The translations under genes were made by a program, and so were the position numbers. A stretch of DNA of 64,000 bases from Rhizodiscina lignyota (lineage: Eukaryota), in the NCBI GenBank assembly GCA_010015805.1, contig ML978138.1, positions 372,001 to 436,000 of the forward strand, given 5' to 3'. The notes under the pieces are model-generated. The model had not been told where the DNA came from. It ran no database searches and worked only from the letters and a program-made list of their open reading frames with translations. Below, one piece after another: positions 13,707 through 26,100 of the stretch (position 1 is its first letter; the number at the start of each line of letters is the position of its first letter).

Positions 13707-14848
13707 TTTGCAATATCAGAAAGGTTCCCAGACAGTCCCAAGAGCTTAGAAACGACTTGGTGGTGGCACAGCCGGAAAGGAACCCGTCGAACCGCGACCC
13801 CACTTTTGTGCAACTGTGCAGTAAGATATCTCTCACAGGGAGCTAGGTGTCAAGAATGTATGAAACGACGAAGCCAATGCTTAGAAGTTTCATAAAGAGG
13901 ATCGCAAATAACGCTAAAGTCGGAAGGAGCGCCATGCCGAGGGATGTTGTGTCGTGATGATGGTACGATTGAAGTCGAAATCGCCTCGATCTATGGCGTA
14001 ATTCGACCAAGGATCAGCTTATTTGATTGGCTCGTAGATTTTCTCTTCTCGACATTCACGACCCGGGTATTTGGAAAAGTATCTTTCCCATCCAGATTTT
14101 GGTCAGGTTTGTACGGACGCCACGAAGTGTATGGTAACGCCGGGAGTGCGCTGACAATATGTGGACCGCAGAGCCGCACTCTGCGGTGACCCTTCCCACG
14201 TAAGCATGCATTGAAATTCAATGTTGATCTTCGACGTGTTCAGTCCAATGCCCCAGAGTTTTGTACAATTATCTCAAACACTCTTATGTTGATATTGCTG
14301 CAGAAGCGAAGGCTGCAGAGCGGACGTGATGAGGGAGCTTCCCGGTTGCATATAAAGAGTGAGACCAAGCCATTCACTCATGCCCGGAGCGTTGTCATTG
14401 CTGCCGCTAGTACCTTGTGAAAATCTATTCGTTCGGCAATACACTGTGCTTGATAGATGTGAGAGTAGAAGTACTTGAGTGCTTCTACTTCTAGCCAGGC
14501 CTGAACATCATGGCCAGAACATCCTCCTTGCTCGGTCACTGAACTACTTCAAACTGATATCGTAAAAATTGAGCTGCAGGTGTAGTTCATCTTCCAGTAT
14601 AAATGGCATCAACTTAGTGCCACTGCCAATATATTTCAGGTATTATGCCATTACTCGACTGCACACACAACGTCTGTGAGCTCTCTGAACTACGAAGCCA
14701 GAGTCTTCGTCAGTATGAGCGCGAGTGATTATGAAATTTTTGCCGTGAAAACGATTTCCCGTGTTTTCAGGTAAGGACCGGATCACCAGATGTGTGGTGA
14801 GTGACGAATTTAGTGGCGAAGGTAAGGAACTAGAGCGTATAGCACTGC

Positions 14849-15937
14849 TCATGTTGCCGTTTGGGGCTTTTGAGCGCTATAAATATGCCTGCAGAAGTAA
14901 GTTAACCCAAAACTGAGGTAGCTATGGTTGAACAGAGATACTTACAGTTGCCAGTAGTAATATTTTGCCGGATCATACATATCTTTTCGTACGTCAACGA
15001 GGAAAGCTTCCACATCTTCTTTCTTCCATCCGAGATACTTGGTGTACCAAGACAGGGCAATGGCGTCGAGAAACTCGTTGGTGTTGATGATCATCCACCT
15101 GCCAATGACTTTCTCCTTCTGTCCTTTCGGCCAAGTTCCCATTGGCCATTGAAGGGAGTTGTGGCGGATATTGACAAATCCTTGCTTTTCAATCATCGTC
15201 GGAAATTTCTTTGTTATCATTGTGTCGATTCCACATTTCTCACCCGCTTCCGATATTAGTCGCGACCATTTGGCAAATGGAGCGTCCTTTTCGTCGGTGG
15301 TATTTGCCCAATTGAGAGGAAACTCCGGCTCATGAACTTCCATCCACCCACCAGGTTTCAGGTTTTTAAATGTCTGTTGGAAATACTTCTCCCAGTCATG
15401 CAACCCGAACAGAAGCATACGGGAGCGAATGAAGTCGTACTGCTTGTCAAATATCCATTCGTCCTCTGCGTTATCGATCAGGAAACTGCAGTTCGGAGGG
15501 GTCCAGGCCGGTTGTATTGGGCTCAAGTCTGTCCCAAGGACAGTAGCAGAAGGATGCTGGTCTGCAAATTCGATTGCCCACTGTCCCGTTCCAGTGCCAA
15601 TATCCAGCACATCTTGGACATGCTCCGACAAAGGCGCCAGGTGCAATTTCCCGTTTAGGCACAGTCTCCACACATGGTGCTGTATATCGAGCCGGCCGAT
15701 CTCTTGGTCGTCGTTCGGGAGGGCATAGACGTCTTCGTCGAAAGCATGGTAGCGGCGGCCATTTTCGACGCGAAAATTGGTAATTTTGGATGTGAGTGAA
15801 GTGGAGATGGAGGCCTTGTCTGTGTCGCCAAGCGCCGAATCAACATCAGATCCTGTCACCGAATCAAGATCCACTTCGAGCGCTTCCCCGACCACCGCAT
15901 GTGGCGCGTGCCCTTCCTGCTGCTGTGATTGCTCCAT
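14849..15937 (-). CDS. LaeA-like class I SAM-dependent methyltransferase, 2 exons
   Basis: ENGRRYH, YALPNDDQEIGRLDIQH, VLDIGTGTGQWAIEFAD and GTDLSPIQP motifs. Intron 14945-14889 gives the terminal HIYSAQKP. Confidence 0.9.
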
Positions 15938-16683
15938 CTCAAATTCCAACGCAGAATGGAGGATGAGAGCAAACAGTCCATCTCTGGCAACTGTCCTCAA
16001 TTTAAACGATGCCGCATGGCCATGCAGGCGTATCCCTACCCGGACGAGCGGTCCGGTCTTGCGAATTCGACGAGCTGCCGCCTGCAGGTCACTTCATTCG
16101 GAGCGTTTCTGGAAAAAAGCAAACATACATGTTTGATATGCCTGAGTTGATTGGCGTCCTCTATCTACAGCTACCGCACTCTCTGCTTTCAAGGTATTTT
16201 CTTTTGCAATGGACAGCATATCGACAACAGTGCTATTCATGATACGATGCCTTGTCGGCACAATTTTGCCTCTCTTCTGAGCAACGATCTCTTCGGAGAA
16301 TAAAACGCTAACTGAAGTAACCAGTGACGATCGCCTTATAGTAGAGCGTTTGGTACAAATGTGGGCTGTTGTCTCAAGCTTTTCTGCTGGCTATTACCAT
16401 TCGACATCCCACCAGGACTCATCCGGCTATTCCTTTATTCATATAGTGTTCAAGATTTCCTCTTTTGTCTAGAGCATCAAGGCCGCCGTCTCTTATGTGA
16501 ATAAATCTACAATCGGATTAGAAATGCCCATGGTTGCGTTCAAAAAATCATGAGGTAGATCGAATACTTATGATACAGGGTACAAGCCACTTTTTGATAC
16601 CAGTGAGATCGCCAGGAAGTTTCTGCTGCATGGTCAATCGCAAGAGTACGAAGAGCCCGTTTCGTCTCATTTCTATCTTGACT

Positions 16684-17705
16684 ATGTCCCGAAGTCTTAA
16701 TTTCTTACTGATAATCATTCCCGTTTCCGCATGCTGCATACGGTTCATTTCGGCACAAGAAACGCCTCACCGAGAACAGCACGACCAGAACCAAGCGTCA
16801 GCAGTTTGCCTGATTCACGAATTTCCAAAGCCATCATGGGTTGAGAACCTCGCTGTGATGCGAAACGGCTCCATCCTGGCAACATTAATGACCAAGCCGC
16901 AGCTGTACATGGTAGATCCATTTGGCAAACAAGTTCCTTTCTGATACACAAGTTTTCTAGGTACTTAAGGATCCTTGGAATCACCGAGACAGACCCAGAC
17001 CTTTTCGCCGTAATAGCCGGAAGTCAAATCGTACCCTGGATCTTACGCAGTCTGGCACATCGACTTGAGGCGACTGAGACCACAGGTCTCTAAGATCGCG
17101 GACGTCCCAGAAGCCTCGTTCTTGAATGGAATGGTATATCTTGGCCAATTAAAACACGCAGTCCTTCTCATAGACTCAACTCTGGGCGTGGTATTCAAGC
17201 TCGAGCTCTCTACAGGCAAATCACTCGTTGCGATTGACGATCCGCTGATGAAGAAATGCTCCCCGGAAGTGCTCGAAGGGATCAATGATATGAAGCTGTA
17301 CCAGAAACATGATCAGGCATATCTCTATTTCTCAAATGCTTACTGCGGCTTCCTGGCGCACATATCGATCAATCCAGATGGTACAGCCTCCGGAGCCTCG
17401 TCAGTGATAGCATACTCCAACGACCCTGCGACGTACATGATCGACGACTTTGCGGTTGCAAGAGACGTGGCCGCCTACGTAGCGACCGGAAGTGAGAACG
17501 TAATAACGAAAGTCGGGGCTGATGGCAAGACCGCCATAATTTCAGGCAACTTGAACAGCACCAAGATCGCTGAGCCGACAGCCTTGGCGTCTGGACGGAC
17601 GAGGAGTGATTGGAATACATTATACGTAAGCACAGGAGGTGCGTTGGCCTTCCCACTGATGGAGATGTTATCGCGGGAGGATATATAGTCGCTATTGATC
17701 TTTGT
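16684..17705 (+). pseudogene. Secreted six-bladed beta-propeller (SMP-30/gluconolactonase-like) pseudogene
   Basis: Signal-like N-terminus and motifs WVENLAVMRNGSIL, GITETDPDLFAVIAG, PGSYAVWHIDL, FLNGM, IDDFAV, PTALASGR and GGYIVAIDL. The motifs lie in different frames, needing about 3 frameshifts (~16940, ~17030, ~17652) with no introns to explain them. Confidence 0.7.
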
Positions 17706-17739
17706 TGGGACGATCGTTACAACGACGAGAAATTCTTGT

Positions 17740-18482
17740 ACCTCATAAATGCCAAGCATTAACGAAGCAGCGATATTGACAGGGTGTCGCCAGAGTACCG
17801 CATCTTGCAGGTTGCGATTCAGCTGAATAAGAGCCTGCTCGTAATGGGATGCGGCAGCCTTAAGATCGTACCATGAGTCCCTGATGTTCCACATGAATCA
17901 GATCATGGAAAATCGAGGAGATAAAAAGGCGCTTACGAGAGAACAAGGCACCTCCGATACAGCATACTGTCGAGTATGTAAGAGAGTGAAGTCGGGTCGA
18001 ATTAATGCATTCAAATAACCATGATGCAGTTCCAGGGCGCAGGGGGCCAAAGAGCTTGTCGCTCACATATGATACCCATACGTTCTAAAGCCATATGTTA
18101 TAGATGAGCAAGCCCATGAAGTGGTCCAATGTAGAACGAACCTCGCGGAATGGGGATAAATCCAAGGTCACTGGACTAGACTCCCTGGATCAGAGTCCTT
18201 TTGTGCATTAACAACGGGCACAGGAACTTGTGGCTTGTGATCGCTGCCCGAAGTGGTCACAATGGCCGAGCCTTGCGCAACGGAGTTGACAAAAATGGTG
18301 GCATTTGGCTCGATCGAGTATTCGCAAATCATGTAGGCTTTCCGACAACGCTTACAGACAGGTCTTAACTCGTCTTTGTGTTCGTCAGAATAGCATATCC
18401 GGACAGGATTTACAACAATGCATGCTTACCACTTGATTTTCCCCGTTTTACAGGTTTTACAACCCTTTGATCTTGGTGTCAT
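17740..18482 (-). pseudogene. Truncated Zn(II)2Cys6 transcription factor relic
   Basis: ATG at 18482 gives MTPRSKGCKTCKTGKIKC, then an intron with a defective junction, then DELRPVCKRCRKAYMIC. Downstream fragments (HYEQALIQLNRNL...NIAASLMLGIYE) resemble the fungal TF middle domain, are broken across frames and end abruptly. Confidence 0.65.
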
Positions 18483-19553
18483 TTCTTGCTTTGTCGATGA
18501 AGACTCCTTCTCATCTGCGCCAGACTCTCCCAGTCTGATAGCATGTTACCTAAAAGGAGGAGAATGTTCCTTCTCATAATCCATATGGCCTTCCAGTCGG
18601 GCGTTCGCAGGAGACAATGACGTTCTGTACTACCCAACAGCGTGGTAGTTACATCGATCACCGTCGGCAACGAACGCCTCGACCGCGGAAATCAGTGCCA
18701 CAACGCTAATTGAGGTCATAGAAATGCCATTTGTTGAAGACGAGCCCCTTTAATGCGCGCCATGGGAAAGAGGTTGAACAATTCCCAAACGAAGATGTCG
18801 GACCTGGCAGGCCTGCAGGACGCCTACCAAAGAAACATCGCGCTATCCTAAGCCGCACCTCGACCAGACTAACTTCTTCTAGGAAAGCTCAAATCAGACG
18901 GAAAATTTAACGTGCCAGAAATAAGTTCAGTAGATACGAGTGATGAGACAAGATATGCCAGTCACACACACCGTATTTACATTTGTAGAATAAAAGAATC
19001 GAACTCGTTCCTGAGCCACCAAATGGCTGATCTCAAGACTTATCCCGTATTGAGCGGAGCATAAAACTAGAATAGGCTTGCGATCATAGGCCGCTAGGAG
19101 AAACTTCTCCACAACAAGAATCCTTCCATCCTCGCATCTGCTAAGACCAACGCCGTTGCACGCCGACCACTTTTCGTCTTCAGGCTCCTTCGAATGTTTC
19201 TGTCTTCGAAACAAGCTTTGGAAATCACCACTCCGCTTGATGCGGGGTGATCCGAGCCAGGATAGAAGTCAAGATGGCACAACGTGCCGGAAACGCGTTC
19301 ATAAATGCAGCCATTTATCCGATCTACATGCGTTCTTCCCCAGTTCTTCCCCATCTGCGGCGAATCTCACCGCGAAATTCTTTCCAACGATGCTGCGGAG
19401 ATGTGACCGTTCGGTTGCTATGACGCCATGTCTGGGAAAGTACGTGGTAGCACTCAAAGGATTTAATGTCTTGTGTGACCTTCTCCTCAGGCCGGGTACA
19501 TAGGTAAGAGTAATCTCACAAGTTCAGCATCACTGCTGTCTACCCTCGCAATC

Positions 19554-21363
19554 ATGCTCCTCGAGTCACTTTCCACCTTTTGGCTTTTATTTTCCACATT
19601 CCAAAAGATATCGGCGGCACCAACAGCGGGAAACCCCACAGCGAAGACGAAGAATGGTACAGTCGTCGGCCGACATCTGGAAAGCTTTGATCAGGATCTT
19701 TTCCTTGGAATTCCTTACGCTGAAGCTCCACGACTGTCCAACCCGCTTCCTGTCGATAAAACTTATGAGACCTCCTTCGATGCATCACACTATGGCTACA
19801 CTTGCTACGGGTTCGGCTCGAATCCCATCTTGACACTGACACAGAGTGAAGATTGCCTCAACCTTAACATTATCAGACCGGCTGGTTGCTCCGAAGACAG
19901 CAGGTTGCCCGTCGTATTCTGGATCTACGGTGGAGGCTATCGTCAAGGCTCGTCTGCGGATCCCGAGTGGAACATGACATATATCGTCCAGCGCTCAGTC
20001 GAGGAGGACCAGCCTATAATCGCCGTAAGCATCAACTATCGTCTGTCATTTCTGGGTTTCCCTGGTGGGCAGGAAGCACTGGATGCGGGAATTACGAATT
20101 TGGGTCTTAAGGATCAGCGGCAAGCGCTCTTATGGGTGCAAGAAAATATAGCAGCATTCGGTGGAGATCCTCGAAAGGTGACTGTCTGGGGAGAGTCAGC
20201 GGGAGCGAGCAGCATTGCGAACCAGCTCGTTGCATACGGCGGGAAAGGGGGTACAGATCTGTTCCGTGGCGGCATTCTGGCAAGCGGATTCGCAAATGGC
20301 GCTGCATTGGCAACCGTCAACAAGACGCAGACAGGATTCGACCTCATTGCAGCAAGCGCAAACTGTTCGAAGGTTGAGGATAAGATAGAGTGTCTTCGGC
20401 ATGCCTCTTTGACGACTTTATATCCGTTCGAGGATACTTCGGTCAACGGCACAAGTTGGGCTCCGTTCCTTGACGGGGACTGGTTTCGACAACCACCAGC
20501 GTACGAGATAGCTGCTGGTAACTGTGCTCGTGTGCCTATCCTGCTGGGTGCCAACAGCGACGAGGGATTTATCGATGTTGGAACTGGAACACCGCCATTT
20601 CCAAACACAACCGATGAGACCGCGGCCTGGATTGAGACGGTCTTCCCACTTTTGAACCAAACAGTCGTCGACCGACTTCTTAAGCTTTACCCGGAAGGTG
20701 GACCCGCTCCACCATACTCCCTCCCTTCCAACTTTCCGTGGTGCCAAGCTATGAATGCCGTGAACCTGGCGTGCGGGTCACAATATCGCCGCCTTGCTGC
20801 CATTCTCGGAGACCATTCCGCTGATGCTCCACGACGGAATATGGCCCAACTATGGTCGCAGCTTGGACTACCTGCTTACAGCTATCGTTTCGATACGAAT
20901 CCAACCGCTCTTCCGATAACGTACTTTTACGGTCTGGGCCCCGGATTTGCGGACCATGGCACGGAACTTGCATATGAAGTGGGTCTCCCCGGCGGATACA
21001 GCAACGGGCTGCAATTCTACCCAGCAGTAAAGAATATCCCTACGCATCTCACGGTCTCGCATGAGATGAACAAGAGGTGGATCTCATTTGTTGTCACCGG
21101 ATCTCCGAACCATGTCAAAGGTGAGCCTTGCACTGCTTGGCGCGCTAACTGATGGACGATAAGGGTAAGCTGATACAGCGTTAGGGAAATACGAGCTGAA
21201 TTGGCCGGAGTACAAAGATTCTGCGAGCAACTTTGTGTTCAACGCGACTGACCACAAAGTGAACATTCACATCGAACGAGACGATTACCGGGCGAAAGGG
21301 ATTCAGACGTGGATCGATAATGTCCCTGATGCTGATTATTATGGGATAGCGCCTAAAAGCTGA
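19554..21363 (+). CDS. Secreted carboxylesterase/lipase type B, 2 exons
   Basis: Signal peptide, FLGIPYA, SEDCLNLNI, WIYGGG oxyanion hole, GESAG nucleophile and ADHGTEL His. Intron 21121-21184; stop at 21361-21363. Confidence 0.93.
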
Positions 21364-21790
21364 GGTCTCCAGGCGACACTGATTCGCCAGATAAAGGAGA
21401 TAGAGGAATGTCATAATGACAAATTTAAAATCTACGGTGCTTAAGCCTAATCGGCCCAAGTGAAGCTGAAACAAAACTAAACAGAGCGGGTCTTCATAGT
21501 CCGTATTCCGTAGAGTGCCGGGGAACGCGTACACGAGGTTCATTTCCGCGGCGCCTCATGGTGAGAGACGTGCCAATCCCAACCTTCTCGTGAGTGCTTC
21601 CGAGACCTGGCGCCTGGATTCCAAGGAAGTTCCCCACGCACAAGACAGGATTCTCATGCAACTGCCGGCGTTCTGTACGAAAGCTAGCGTAAGCGGGCCT
21701 TCCGCAGCCTTGTTCGTGGGAAGCCAGAATTGAACCGTGTAAATTGTGATCAATCGGGGAGAAACAATGCCTTGGTAACCCCGGCTTAAA

Positions 21791-21937
21791 CCCCGCATCC
21801 CCGCGAATACCCCATGCATATGCTTAGTACCGGGGTATCCGCACTCCTGGACCCACACGTTCTAGGCCAAGGCCAGCCGCCTTTCTGTCCGTTCGGGAGC
21901 ACGCAATAATACCAGCCGTCCTGGGCAGAGTATAAAG
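21791..21937 (+). promoter_or_regulatory. Putative CreA/Mig1 (SYGGRG) site cluster and TATA box upstream of the MFS gene
   Basis: CCCCGC at 21791 and 21799 (GCGGGG on the minus strand), CCGGGG at 21830, and TATAAA at 21932, about 100 bp before the ATG. These motifs are short, so a chance match is possible. Confidence 0.35.
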
Positions 21938-22032
21938 CGGTGGTACTTGGCCTGTCAGGAGTTTCTTCTGACGGTCGCTGTTTTGCCGCGTGTTGCCGAA
22001 ACTAGCTGTTCGTTGTGCTTTCCTACTCTATC

Positions 22033-23935
22033 ATGGCCGACATCAAAGAAACAGGTGCAGACCACCTAGAGAAAGGTCCTATTCCTTCAGTCCCAAGCGA
22101 TGAGCTGTTTGATCATCTTGCGAAGGAGCTCGACGAGCACGGCGAGTTGGTGACGGTCGACAACGGCATCGACGAGCACCATGTGCACATCGATCTCCCG
22201 GAAGCAGAGCAGAAGCGTATCTTGCGGAAGGTCGATCTCAGACTAGTTCCCCTTCTCACTTTCCTGTATCTTATTTCCTTCGTCGATCGGTCGAACAGTC
22301 AGTGCTTCCTCCAGAACGATGGAAATATCCTGAGCTGACGCCAGTATACAGTTGGAAATGCAAAGATTGCCGGATTGACGGAAGACCTCCATATGGTTGG
22401 GCTCGAGTATAACACGGCCGTGACACTCTTCTTTATTTGCTACACGTTGCTCGAAGTCCCAAGCAACATTGTGCTCAAGATCCTACGTCCGTCAATCTGG
22501 ATATCGATCCTGTTGTTTTCCTGGGGAACGGTCATGACGTACGAGATATCCAAGCCTTGTTAGAGCGCAATCACTAACTCCTTTCGTAGGCTCATGGGTC
22601 TTGTGACTACCTACCACGGCTTGTTGGTTGCTCGATTCTTCCTCGGCGTAGCAGAGGTATGTGCCCATTGTACGTTGTCTCTGTACAGCATTGCTAATCC
22701 GTGCCAACAGTCCGGATTCTTCCCTGCCGCAACATTCCTCTTGACGCTCTGGTACCGCAGATTCGAATACCAACAACGCCTCAGCATATTCTATGCTGCA
22801 GCCTCGCTGGCCGGAGCATTTTCAGGCCTTTTGGCATTCGCGATTGAAAAGATGGATGGTGTTGCAGGTCGAACAGGGTGGCAATGGTATGCGCCTATCT
22901 CGCTTCGAATTTTTTGTGCTTGCTAATACCACCTCAGGATCTTCATTCTCGAAGGATTAGTTCCAGTCGGAATGTCTTTTGTCTTGTACTTCATCCTCCC
23001 GGATAGCCCGGAGACTGCCCGATTCTTGACGAAGCGTGAGAAAGAGTTCATTATTAATCGTCTTGCTATCGAAACTGGATCCGGTAGAGGGCATGTGACA
23101 AACCATGATAAGATCAAGTTCCATCACGTCAAGGCCGGCTTTTCGGATTGGAAGCTCTGGTGTTTCATTTTTGTATACTGGGGCAATTCTGTTGCTGTTT
23201 ACGGGTGAGCTTTCCATCTCGTCTGATCTTGCTCACGTTCAAACTGCTAACTTGGTGGTGAAGGTTCTCAGCTACGGTTCCGACTGTGATTGAAGAGCTC
23301 GGTTACACGGCAGCTGATGCGCAGCTCCTCACAATTCCGCTTTATGTTTTCGCTGTCATCTTGATCATCGTCTTCGCTTTCTGGTCCGATCGAATCCAAA
23401 ACCGGTGGCGTTTTATTGTTGCGGGTTACAGTCTGGCAGTCTGCGGCCTCATCGCTCAGCTGGCAATTCCACACCCAAAATTCCCAGGTGTAACGTACGG
23501 ATTCCTCTTCGCACTATGTGGGGGCATGTACGCAGGATATCCACCAATGTTGACCTGGATTGGTGAGTGATACCAAGACCACTATTGAGAACTCCTCTGA
23601 CATTTCTATCAGCAAACAATCTCGCTCCGTCTTCCAAGCGCGCTGTCGGAATGGCACTTGTCATCTCCATTGGCAATATGGGTGGTATCATGGGATCCAA
23701 TATCTATCTGGCTAGGGAAGCTCCGAAGTACAAGACCGGTTTTGGCGTCTCGCTCGTCATGCTTGGTCTTGGAATCATTGCCGCCCTTATTCTTCGCGTT
23801 GCTTATGGCCGCGAGAATAAGAAGCGAGATGCATTGTTGGCTGAGATTGGAGAGGAGGGAGTCCACAGTCGCTTCACAGACCAGGAGCTCTTGGATATGG
23901 GAGACAAAAGCCCATTCTTTAGGTACTGTATTTAA
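22033..23935 (+). CDS. MFS transporter, anion:cation symporter (Dal5/Tna1-like) family, multi-exon
   Basis: RILRKVDLRLVPLL, DRSN(V)GNAKIAG, EVPSN, ARFFLGVAE, GFFP, LPDSPETARFL and GDKSPFFRY motifs across about 7 exons with GT-AG introns. Confidence 0.93.
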
Positions 23936-24130
23936 GTGGATTCGCGCACTTCTAAGATACAGTCGCAGGGCAAAATGGGTCCAGAAAACAGGCCAGAAAC
24001 TGTCCTTCATATATAGCTCGTACGTGACACTAGACAATATATGCGAAGATTCTAGATTTGAGCAGTATCTCCAGCCGTCCGGCCCGCGAAATCCGTGATT
24101 CTGCAAGGGTATCTAAATGCCCGGTAGTTA

Positions 24131-25251
24131 TTATAATGTCGAAAGGAATTCGTAATATCGAGCTTCCATTGGCTCGTATAGTCCATGCAGATCTGGCGTC
24201 ATTTCAACAACATCTTGAGTGACCCGCGGACAGCTGAATACTCCACGGAGTTGCATATTTTCTGGTGAGATTGCTGCCATGATGCCTTGAAAACTACTTC
24301 CCATTAGCATATTGTACAGAATTTCCCTCGCCCCGTGGTCTTTCGACGCTTCTAAATACAAATCTGGTTCAATGGCTTCGACTTCCATGAGAACAAAATC
24401 TCCCGAATCACGAATGACTCCATCTACGCGACAGTACGCTAATTAGCCAACATTCGCGGAGCTGCACTGGGAACAGACTCGAACGATAGCGCAGTCGTAC
24501 TTCCACCGAACTCAGGCTGACAGCGGAATTCATCCTTTGAAGGGACTTTGTGGATAACGAATCTGAACGAATTTCCAATGTAGATGAACGAGAATTCCCC
24601 CTTTGCGATTGCGGGCTCGAATGTTTGAACCATCAGCGAGCCATCAGTTCCGGTGCCGTGAATACTTGCTAGGTACTCAGCGTCTGCAGATGAGATAGAA
24701 GACGGATCAAGTATCAAGTGTGTCTGCTTTGATGATGATGATGATATCGATGGCTTGGGGACGACGGACGAAGTCGTGTTGGACTCCGACACAGTTAATG
24801 CGAGTGCAGCAACTTATGATACAAGTCCGCTTAGTGTTCCGAATGAAGTGGGGTCTTTGACATAGGCCGTCTTCGAGGTATTGAAGCCTGCCGTCTCGAG
24901 TTGAAGAAGGTATCTCGCTCTGTTGTAGTTCTAGAGAACAACGGAGGTGTCATTGATGGTTTTGAGGGACGGAGAAAGCGACTTCGCCAACGCTAGCCGT
25001 TGACGAAGAAAAGCCTCGAACGTGGCAGGATGCTCGTCGTAATCGTTGCACCAAAGGAACGTGACGGTGTCGAAGGCTGCAATCTTTTCACTCGTGAGAC
25101 TCTCGTCAAGCCAGGAGATGATAGACACTTCTGCGCCTCGTGCCTTCAACATCTGCGGTAATGTGTAGTTTTGATGTAATGGCCATTCTGCTTTGATAGC
25201 GTCCGGCCGCTGGGTGGCCAAAAAGAGCACCTTAACACTCGAGGCTCTCAT
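24131..25251 (-). pseudogene. ATP-grasp ligase (RimK/DcsG-like) pseudogene
   Basis: VVPKPSISSSS, LMVQTFEPAIAKGEFSFIYIG, DEFRCQPEFGG, YCRVDG and LMEVEAIEPDLYL motifs. There is an in-frame TAG at 24931-24933 where W is expected (VVL*NYN), and at least one frameshift (~24440). The true 3' end is uncertain. Confidence 0.7.
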
Positions 25252-26100
25252 TGCAAGTTGTGAGGATGTGCAGACCGTACAGTTGTCGGTTCCAGCAGCA
25301 AGAAGAATGCGGGTTTCAAATGTAGAGTACTCGGTACATAGGGCGCAACCAGTCGCTTAAACGCTCCAAAGGACTTTCAATATCTCATAGATTGAAGAAA
25401 CATATCTTGTAGTCTTATTTTACTGTCCACTTATTACATACGGTATAAATGCAGCGAAACTATGCAATGGTACCATCATACGGATCTGTCCGAGCATCGG
25501 ACTATGCACCAGCACAGTAATACGACAAACCCCTTGTCATCGAAGAGAACATGTCTTTAAAATCTGTTTTTAATACATATTGGCTAACGAGGATATAATT
25601 CTGCCAATTCGGTAGGTGAAAGCTGCGGTGCATCCTTTTGGCCAACCGTCAGGCCAAGTACACATGTACTTCGGTCCTCTGGACTCACATGGACTAGCAT
25701 CTGACACCTTGCTACTGGTACACAGATGCAAAAGGATTGAAACGCATCGCAATTTTGACGATGCGTCCTTACTGTGATCATGAGATCTGCTGTGACCTAT
25801 TCCACACGTGCTGCATTTCTGGGCGAGGGAGGAATGGCCCGGAATGAAATTCGACGAGCAGCGGAGCAAGAGGTCTGTGTCCCACGAAGGCATGCTCGAA
25901 ATGTCGACAAGCCTAATTGCTTTCTCATAGGCCCTTTCCGAGATGACGCGGAAGACATGGGATCCAAACTCTCAAACCAAAACATGCTTTCTTCAATCAT
26001 CAACTATTGAGGGGACGAATCGCCCTCGTCCTTCGTGAATCGTTATGACTTCCAGTAGTACTGCCTGATAGTCACCACGCCGAGACACACCGGCTGTCGT

